DNA of 63,521 nucleotides, filler included, from Reclinomonas americana ATCC 50394 (lineage: Eukaryota), in NCBI GenBank assembly GCA_048213135.1. It is 18 parts of 18 records of this genome, joined end to end, with 100 filler letters (N's around TTAATTAATTAA, not from the genome) between each part and the next. Parts side by side here need not be neighbours in the genome. Positions count along the whole stretch, not along the records: positions 53,164 to 60,791 come from AFZH01020445.1; positions 60,892 to 62,397 come from AFZH01020446.1; positions 62,498 to 63,521 come from AFZH01020447.1; 15 more parts are not named here. One strand, 5' to 3'. Below, piece after piece: positions 55,188 through 63,521 of the stretch. Each line of letters begins with the position of its first letter. Position 1 is the first letter of the stretch. The notes under the pieces were generated by a model. The model was not told the origin of the DNA and ran no database searches. It saw nothing but the letters and a program-made list of their open reading frames with translations. Both the position numbers and the translations under genes were made by a program.

Positions 55188-58100
55188 TTACAAGTTCTGC
55201 GTGAGGAAATCCGTCATGAGATCGTAGAGGTGTTCTCTGCTGTTGCCGCCCACGATCGAGTGATTGCGATTGGTGTAGTACATGAGGCGGAAGTCGGCCT
55301 TCTTCGCCACCAAATCCGTCACCAGCGTGGCACTGTTGAGCAAGTGCACATTGTCGTCGCCGGTTCCGTGAATTAGGAGGAGGTGCGGCGTGAACGATGG
55401 CAGGGCGGCGAGGCGAGTCATCACACTCGTGCTGGAGTAGCCGACGGCGTTGGTCTGCGGTGTTTCCATGTATTTCTCGGTGTAGTAGGTGTCTGAAGAA
55501 GAAGAGTGAGGGAAGGAGTGGCAGAGGTGCGTGGTGAGGCGATAACACACAAACCATAATAGTTCCAGTCGGTCACGGGCGCGACGCTGACACCGAGTTT
55601 GAACGGTGTCTTGGGATCCGTCAGGCACATCAACGTCATGTAGCCGCCGAAACTCTGTTGGGGGGAAAGGGGGATAGATGAGCGGGTGGGAGAAAGAGCG
55701 CCAGATGGAGAGACAGTGCATGAAGGATGAGAGAGTGAAAGAGAGAGAGAGAGAGAATGAGTGCGCGAGTGCGTGAGAGAGAGAGAGGGAGAGTCAGTGA
55801 GTGAGTGAGTGAGCGAGTGAAAGTGAGTGAGAGAGTGAGTGAGTGAGTGAGTAAGTAAACAGACAATAAATAGAGATGAATGAGTGAGAGAGAGGAATCA
55901 GAGACATGGAGAAGAAACGGCGCATGAGAAAGAGAGAGGAGAGCGAGAAAAATAAAAGCCAGAAACTGGACACCACAGAGTCAGGGCGGAGGAAACAAAT
56001 GAGAATTAAGAGTGCAGAGAGAAACAGATTCGGAAGGAATACGAGAAACTCAGAGTGGAAGAAAACAACGTGGAGAAAACAGATGAGAAAAAGTGCTGAG
56101 AGAAAGAGATTCGGAAGAAATACGAGAAACACAGTGTGGGAGAACCCAACACCGAGTTGCCATGACACTCAGGAAAGAGTCATAGAGGACAGAGTGACGA
56201 GAGATGAGAGAGACGACAATGGACAGAGCGCGGGGGATAGACGAGAAAACAGCGAGAGCGATTGAGTGTGAGGGAAAGGGGAAACGACCAGTTAGTCTCT
56301 GTCTCCTTCTCTCATTCTCCTCTCGTCAATATCTTCTCGCAGTGTGACGGACAGAATGAAGAAAGGGAGATGAGAATTATAGAGAGACGTGCACACATGC
56401 ACGGTGTAGCAATCACGCAACCCATCCCCACACAGCCGCACGAGACGTGTCGATAAACGAGAATTTGTTCCCGAGAGCGCTGTGCGACATACTCTGTGAG
56501 ACACCGCCATACGCATCGCACCTGACTTCACACTGCAAACCTCACAGCTGCCGATTGATCCTTGACTTGTTGCAGACCGAGATTCTTGGCGACACTGGTG
56601 AGGAAGCTCCAGCCACTGCGACGCACGACTGAAATGAGGAAACAGAAAGTGAGCGCACTGAATCAAAGGCGACAAGTGCACGAACCGCGCGCCAGTGCCA
56701 GCTGCATCAATGGAGGCCACAATGTAGCCTTTCGAGGCGAGCCACTCATCAATGGAGACACCGCGGAAGGTGTCCATGACGGTCTGACTGCCGGGTCCAC
56801 CGTACACGTAGATGATCAGCGGGTGCATGTTGTTGGGATTGAAGCCGTGAGGTATCAGGATCCAGCCGTTGAGGTCTACGGCGGGTAAGGGGATTGGAAA
56901 ATAAGAAAGAAAGCGAGGGACAGTAGACTGCAGAGACACGAATAGCATGAAGCGATTCACAACAGAGTGGAAAGAGTGAAGGAAGAGAATATCATCGCGC
57001 AGAATACAATTTTCTGCGGCACATCAAGCGCACACAAGCATCAAGGGGAGTGTCTCACAACTGAATAGAGGTGTCACGCGAATATACGACTCACTTGTAA
57101 CCGTCACGCAATAGATGCAGCATCACAACAAGACATACTTTCTCTCCAATTCCCTTCCCTTCCCCTTTCCCTCTTCCACACCTCTCCCATTAATCGGAAC
57201 CGAGAAGAACTGCTTGCTCGGCATGGCCAGCGAATTGATACGCGACTGCACATCCGCATTGTCCGTGAACACGTGCACCGTACTCAGCAAGCTCATGTTC
57301 ACGGCGAATTGCTTGTGCGCGCGCGTCGACGTGCTCGTAGTCACCACGCAGAAACGGAGATTGCTGCCGCACGAAGCCGACAACCAACCATCGGGGTCAT
57401 TAACCACGGTGACGGTGGGCGGGAAGGAGCTCCACGACACACTGCGAATTGAAATAATGAGGACGAGCAAGTGAAGAAAAGGGCTCGCGACGTCGCACAC
57501 GCAACGCATAGAGAGAGCGCTGGTACGGTACTTCGGCGACGATATAAGCACTGCAATAAAAAGTAAGCGCGCACGGACACCTCCCTCCTTCTCTCTCTCT
57601 CTCTCCACATACGCAACGCCGTCTTGCTGGCAAAATCGACGCCCACGATTTGCATCACATCAAAGTTGTGCGTCGTCAGCGTCTGCAAACGGTTGCCAGT
57701 GGAGGCGGAGAACAGCGCAATGTTGTAGTAATCGTTGACAACCACGCGCTGCAAGAACAAGTTGGCCGACGTTCCCGTTTCGGCGAATGAGTCGGCCCAC
57801 GTGTCCTGGAGGATGACGGGATGAGAGAGCACGAGCGTGAGAAGCGAGGGAGAAAACAGGAGAGCGCACCTCCACCCATCCACTTGTCACGCGCTGCAGA
57901 TCCGTGATGCGACGCGGCGAGATCATGGACGACGGAGTTGCGTCGTACATGACGGCCTGTTCCACGTGCTGGATGCGCCCGATGCAGCGCAGCATCACAC
58001 TCGAGTCGCCAAACCACTGAATCCCGTAGGCGTAGGTGCATGTGGAGGGCAGGAGCTAAAGGGGAAAATGGGGGAAGGGTGAGGGGTAATAGAGAGTGGC

Positions 58101-61100
58101 TTGGAGGTTGCATTCAAAGACGACGAACCAGTGAGCTGGTAGTCTTCGTGGCAAAGTCGTACGACAGGACGGTGACGGATGGGTTAGTTTCGCCGGCCTG
58201 TCATGAGGGGAAAAGGGAAGTGAGATTGGAGAGATTGCAACAGAGAAAAAAGTACGATGCAGAGATAGGGAGATGGGCGACACAGTGCCACACAGTGAGA
58301 GAGACAGATATATGGACAAGAAAGGACGGGAAACAGAGAGCTGAACAATGAACGACTGTGCAAGAGTACGCGCGTCACAGAGGGACAGAGAAGATAAGGC
58401 GAGGCCTTCCCCTACAGAGGAGCTAACTGGCAGCGATCGAACAGTGAATCTACGAGAGAGAGAGAGAGTGAGAGAGAGGGAGGTGAACGCGCACATGCGA
58501 GACACTGATTACGGGCCCGCGCGATGAGCAGCGTGCTTTGGTCGCACGCGGCAACAAGATTCAGAAATGTAGAGTGCACTCACCTTCCTCGTGACATTCT
58601 TTCTCTACCCTCTTCAACTTCTTTTCTTAGTCTAACTGTTCTCCTCCTCCTCATTGTTTTCTCATTCTCATTCTCCCTCTCCCCTATTCCCTTGCGCACC
58701 GTCGGGTACTTGAACGACTGCGCTTGCGGGTACGCATTATCCTTGTAGAACCGCTGAATGTCAAACGTCTTCACCGCCGTGTCGTCGAATCGCATGTAGG
58801 CCAGGCGAGTTCCCGATGGACTCCAGTACAGTGCGACATCCGCAGCCAGAATCTCCTCTGCGACAATGAGAGGAAAGTCAAACGATGTGCAAAGAGCGCC
58901 CAAACATAGTTGCTCGAATCATGCAGTTCTGCAACAAACGAAAAGCAAGGAATTTTCGTTTGGTCTCCACTCGTCGTCTACTTAATACCAGAATCAAGGT
59001 TCCTACTCAGAACCGACTAATTGTAGCCACTCACGACATTCGTCCACTCTCTCTCGTTCCTCCAATCTGCCTCTCAACCCTTCCTCCCGTATCCTCTCAT
59101 TCCTGATGCGCTTTTCTCTCATGTGATATTTCTCTTGACGCCGACTCCCACCCTCCAGCTCTCTCCCAGCCTCTCACATCTTGTCTTCATTGATTCTTCT
59201 GTCGCCAACTCCCATCTCCTTCTTATTTCTCTCTCCCTTTCTCTCCCTCATTCTCTCGCGAACACACACTCTATGCCTCAACACTACCGCTCGGACTCTC
59301 TCATGTGACTTCCGATTCTCACTTTCCCTCTCTCTCCATCCCTCCCTCTGCCTGTCTCTCGCTTCCTCTCTTCCTCTCATTTCCTCTCATTCCGTCTTCT
59401 GACGACAACTCCCACCATTCCCCTTCCTTCGTTTTTTCTTCGTCTCCCTGTCTTCTTCCCTCTCATCCCCTTCCCTTTCACCACTCACCCTCATACAACC
59501 AATCCGGCACGCCATTGAAAATGGTCTCCGCGGTACCATCGGTCGTCAAGTCGGGCAGGAATGCTCGCGACGTGACGCTGTACACACGAATGTTGTTGTT
59601 CACCACCAGAGCCTGATTTAAATGGAACGGTCAGCAGAGATTATGGAAGAATGGTGGACAACCAAACGCACAATCTTATCCGAGGCTTGCGACCACACAG
59701 CGATCTTGGCCGGTGCGTCGGGCGTGAGTGGCACCACCTCGGCGGGGCGACTCAAATCGTACAAGTAGAACCGGTTGAACGTCGAGTGGCGGTAGATCTG
59801 CAAAAAGGGGGTGAGAGGAGAGCTGCACCCCTGCACGCATAATGCACGCACTGGTGTCGTCTCCGTGGCGAAAATGATAAACTTCTCGTCTGGTGAAAAG
59901 GTGGCCGAGTAGGATGCTGTATTTAGGAGTGCCTGGAAGGAGACGATGGCGGTGAGGACGTCTGTTCATGAATGTACCTCCTTTCCATGAACTCACCTGA
60001 ATCGTCATGTCCGACACGACCACCTGACTCTGATTCGTGAAGAAATCAAACTTCTCCACGCCATCGCCGTCAAAGAGCACTCCGTCGCCTACCACGCAGT
60101 GAGCAAGAAGGGACAAGGAACTTCATGAGGAGGGAAAGGAGCACCTGCCGGCGTCCACTGCAACCACTTGGTGGAGGACTTGAGGTCGCTCCTGAAAATG
60201 TCGTCGAACTGGATGGGAGTCTTGTTGTCGACTGTGCAAGATCGTGAGCAGCAGGGCGCAAAAAAAGGCTGCTCTCATGCTCACACAACTGTTCGAGTCC
60301 GATTCGAGAATGGAGAACGCGATAATCGCCACCACCAGCAGGAAGGCCACAGTCGACACCACGCTGAGAAGGACACGGGTGGTGCCTGTGGAGCATCACA
60401 CTGAATGAGTCACCATGTACGTCGTCAAACCTTTCGGATATTCAAACGCAACAAAGAGGATGTGCGCGCTTCTTGGTGACCAGCGAAATGAGCGAGTCGC
60501 GCTCGTCGGCCGCCATCTCCGGCTCGCCATTGGCGTATGTGTCGGAGGGGCTGGTTGGTGACATTGCTTGGGGGGATTGGACGGGTGGGGTGATCGCGAC
60601 TGCGCGATGATGGGGAGAAGGGGGAGAAGGGGGAAGTGAGGAAGGGAAGGGAGGGAAGGGAGATGGGGGATAAGGGGGAAGGAGGAAGGGAAAGAGGAAT
60701 AGGGGAATCGGGGAAGCGGGGATAGGGGAAGAGGGTAGAGGGAAGAGAGGAAAGAAGGAAAGAAGGAATAGGGAAGGGGGAGGGGGGAAGANNNNNNNNN
60801 NNNNNNNNNNNNNNNNNNNNNNNNNNNNNNNNNNNTTAATTAATTAANNNNNNNNNNNNNNNNNNNNNNNNNNNNNNNNNNNNNNNNNNNNGGAAAGAAG
60901 GAAAGAGGGAAGGGGGGAAGAGGGAGGGGGGAAGTGGAAGAGGGAAGGGGGAAGAGGGAAGAGGGGAGAGGGAAGAGGGAAGAGGGGAGAGGGAGAGGGA
61001 GGGGGAGAGGGAAGGGAATGGGGAAGGGGGGAAGGGAACGGGGAAGGGAAGAGGGGAAGAGGGGAAGAGGGGAAAGATGAAGCGGAAGGAGATATAGAGA

Positions 61101-62321
61101 AGGGAGAGAAACGAAGAAGGGGAGGAGGGGGAGCGGGAAGACGGAAAGAGGGAAGGGGGAAGAGGGAGGAGGAAAAGTGGCAAGAGGGAAAGCGGGAATA
61201 CAGGAGGAGAAGGAATCAAGAGAAGAAAAAAGGGGCGCACACAGAGAATGCAGTAGAAAGGGTGGAAGAGGAATGCAAGGAAAGATGACGGAGAGAGACG
61301 AGGGAAAGATAAATGTGGACGGAAGAGATTGGATAATACAAGAAGGACAAGCGGCGGAGAGGGAAAGACGCAAGGCAGAGAGAATGAAAGAGAAGATGTG
61401 AAGGTGGAGTGGGGGAACCTAAGGAGGGAAACGGTGAACGAACGGAGAACTCAGAGACAGACTTGGAATGCTGGATGACTGACAAATAGAAGGAAACAAA
61501 GCCAGGAGAGAAGATGCAGGCAATGAAAGCAACTTCAGCCATTTTGCTCACCTGTAGCACTTGCAGCTGCTGTTGAACCGGCCGCCGCCGTAGCCGAGTC
61601 GCCCATCAGCGGCAAAACGGGAATTGTGACCGACAAGCGGCGACCCTGACCAACCGGCGACAGTGCAAATGTTGGCGAGGGTGCAGGCTTGCCGCCAGGC
61701 TCCTGGTCCTCTGTAATTGCCGAAGTGAGAGGCGAAACGAGCGTCATTTCACAGCAGCGCGATCTTGTCTTGTTCTCGAAGGGATCTTTGCCGTCCACTC
61801 ACTTACAAACCGTGTCTCTCTCTTTTCTCAGTGCCCATTCTTGCATTGCACAACAAGTCTTTGCATTCTGTCTGTCCTCTATCTGCACCTTCCCACCTCC
61901 CCTGCTTCTCTTCTCACTCCACTGCTGCTCAACGACCTCACATCCCCGAAGCCGATGTGCTCATACCATGCCCCCGTCTCTACTTGCGAGACTGTCTGCT
62001 AAACCCGCGACTTCTCAGTCTTCTCAGGATGTTTCTCTTCTCCCCTCTTCCCCGTCCACGCAACGAATATCTCCCCCCAACATTAGCGGAGGCACCGAGA
62101 ACTGCCCCGACAACCGCCGATGCGGTGACGGACTGACATTGCGACTGCCACTCGCACCTCCCAGAGACGGCGATCCGCCGCCACCCACCGTCAAGGTATT
62201 CGGTGGTGAAGTGGGTGACAGTGACGAGGGGCTCAGCAGACCAGCTGTGGAGAGGGAGAGGAGAATCAGGCAACTGATTGTGGCATTCACGACTCGTCTG
62301 CCTGCTTGCGCTAGTGTGCAC

Positions 62322-62375
<54 letters not shown>

Positions 62376-62497
62376 GTGTGTGTGTGTGTGTGTGACGNNN
62401 NNNNNNNNNNNNNNNNNNNNNNNNNNNNNNNNNNNNNNNNNTTAATTAATTAANNNNNNNNNNNNNNNNNNNNNNNNNNNNNNNNNNNNNNNNNNNN

Positions 62498-62581
<84 letters not shown>

Positions 62582-63521
62582 TCTCTCTCTCACTCTCTCC
62601 CACTGTATGTGAGTTTCAGTCATTGACTATTTGCCTTCTATTCTCTTCCCCCTTCTCCCTCCCTTCCTCCCTCCCTCCCACGCACGCAACGAGGCTCGCC
62701 GAGCACCACATTCCCCGCGCGCGACGCACCCAACGGACTGCCGTCTCCCGCCCTTTCCACACCCGCCGCCGCACCCGCAGCCAACGTCGGCGACACGGGC
62801 GAGGACGAGCCCGACGTCGGCGACGCTATGCCACCACCACCAGCCTGCGACGAGGACGACGACGACGAGGCGGTGCGCGCAGGACGCATCGGCGAGGAGC
62901 GCGGAGTCGGGTTCTGCACCAGCACCGCCGGCAAGCCCAGCATCGACGAAGAGGCTGCAGTGGAGCGAGACAAACCATCGTCATCATCGTCTTTGTCGCC
63001 GAGTGAGTGCAGGCGACGAGTGCGGTTGGCGGGAGGAGGCGGTGGTGAGGACATTGCTGAGGAGAGCAGTGGTGCAGCGTCGGAGTCGGAGTCGTCGTCG
63101 TCGTCGTACTGCGCTTTGCTGTTGCGCACAAAGTGCATGCGCGCGCGCGAATACACGCAGCGAGGTGGACAATTTCATTCACATGTCGGGACCGGCGGGA
63201 CCGGTGTGGTGACGCACGTAGCCGGCGGGTCCTGCAGCGATGGGCGCCACGGGTTCGTACATGGCGAGGGAGAGGTCAATGGGACCGCGTGGGACCACGT
63301 CGCCTGGGTAGATCAGGCGCGGTGTGTGCAACTGCTGTTCGACAGAGGCGGCGGCGCCACTGCCGGCGTCGCCGGCCGAGTACATGTCCTCTACGGCGAC
63401 GGGGAGGGCGTAGGAGGGCGGGGCGGAGGGTGCAGCTGCTCGGCGAATGCCAAGTGCGGGGACGGCGGCAACGTCGACCTCGACGTCCTGCTCGGCGGGT
63501 GGTGGTGGTGGTGGAGGTGGC
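55188..63521 (-). CDS. Dipeptidyl peptidase IV-like S9B peptidase (type II membrane protein), apparently with a very long Ser/Pro-rich cytosolic N-terminus extending past the window
   Basis: TM segment VVSTVAFLLVVAIIAFSIL; IYRHS, FNGVPDWLYE-EE, YWSPSGTRLAYMRFDDT, VYGGPGSQ, VWGW|SFGGYM (Ser), IHGTGDDNVH (Asp), NRNHSI (His). The peptidase core 55188-60564 is secure. The upstream extension is inferred from intron phase. Confidence 0.85.

Noticed and set aside
60443..60480. KKRAHPLCCV* as a prenylated C-terminus of a separate upstream gene
   Set aside because: The CCV* reading lies inside an intron (GTTGCGT donor, branch point, CACAG acceptor) whose removal joins in frame to the DPP-IV TM segment.
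51743..60564. Alternative genetic code or stop read-through to explain fragmented ORFs
   Set aside because: Conserved proteins rebuild with GT-AG introns under the standard code, and TAA, TAG and TGA all appear as terminal stops in the window.

Overview
Gene-dense, very intron-rich nuclear DNA of an unidentified eukaryote, most likely a free-living protist. It uses the standard genetic code, has short GT-AG introns and many micro-exons, and its introns carry GA/CA/GAGT microsatellites. Seventeen artificial 100-nt spacers (N44-TTAATTAATTAA-N44) interrupt the window. Several genes run across them, so contig order is probably genuine. By manual splicing I reconstruct about 13 genes: (1) an IFI44-like P-loop protein; (2) a Cys/Pro/Gly-repeat type I membrane protein; (3, 4) two paralogous secreted modular proteins sharing an unrecognised Cys-containing core plus an H-type-lectin-like domain, one with EGF and Asp-box propeller, the other with an NHL propeller; (5) a 13-kb FN3/beta-helix/Cys-rich multi-pass receptor-like gene; (6) a four-CX9C protein; (7) ADA2; (8) a CtlX-type amidinotransferase-family enzyme; (9) a beta-carbonic anhydrase; (10) a DDX3/Ded1-type helicase; (11) a GPS2-like protein; (12) a GH30 glucosylceramidase; (13) a DPP-IV-type peptidase. 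The most notable signals are frequent '+1-shifted' 5' splice sites (GTTGCGT/GTTGAGT), a DPP-IV apparently fused to a cytosolic tail of about 420 aa or more with an overlapping PSAP/PPxY motif, the modular lectin-like family, and a fourfold repeated promoter-like cassette upstream of the helicase. All assignments come from motif recognition by eye. No database search was run, and gene spans include introns.
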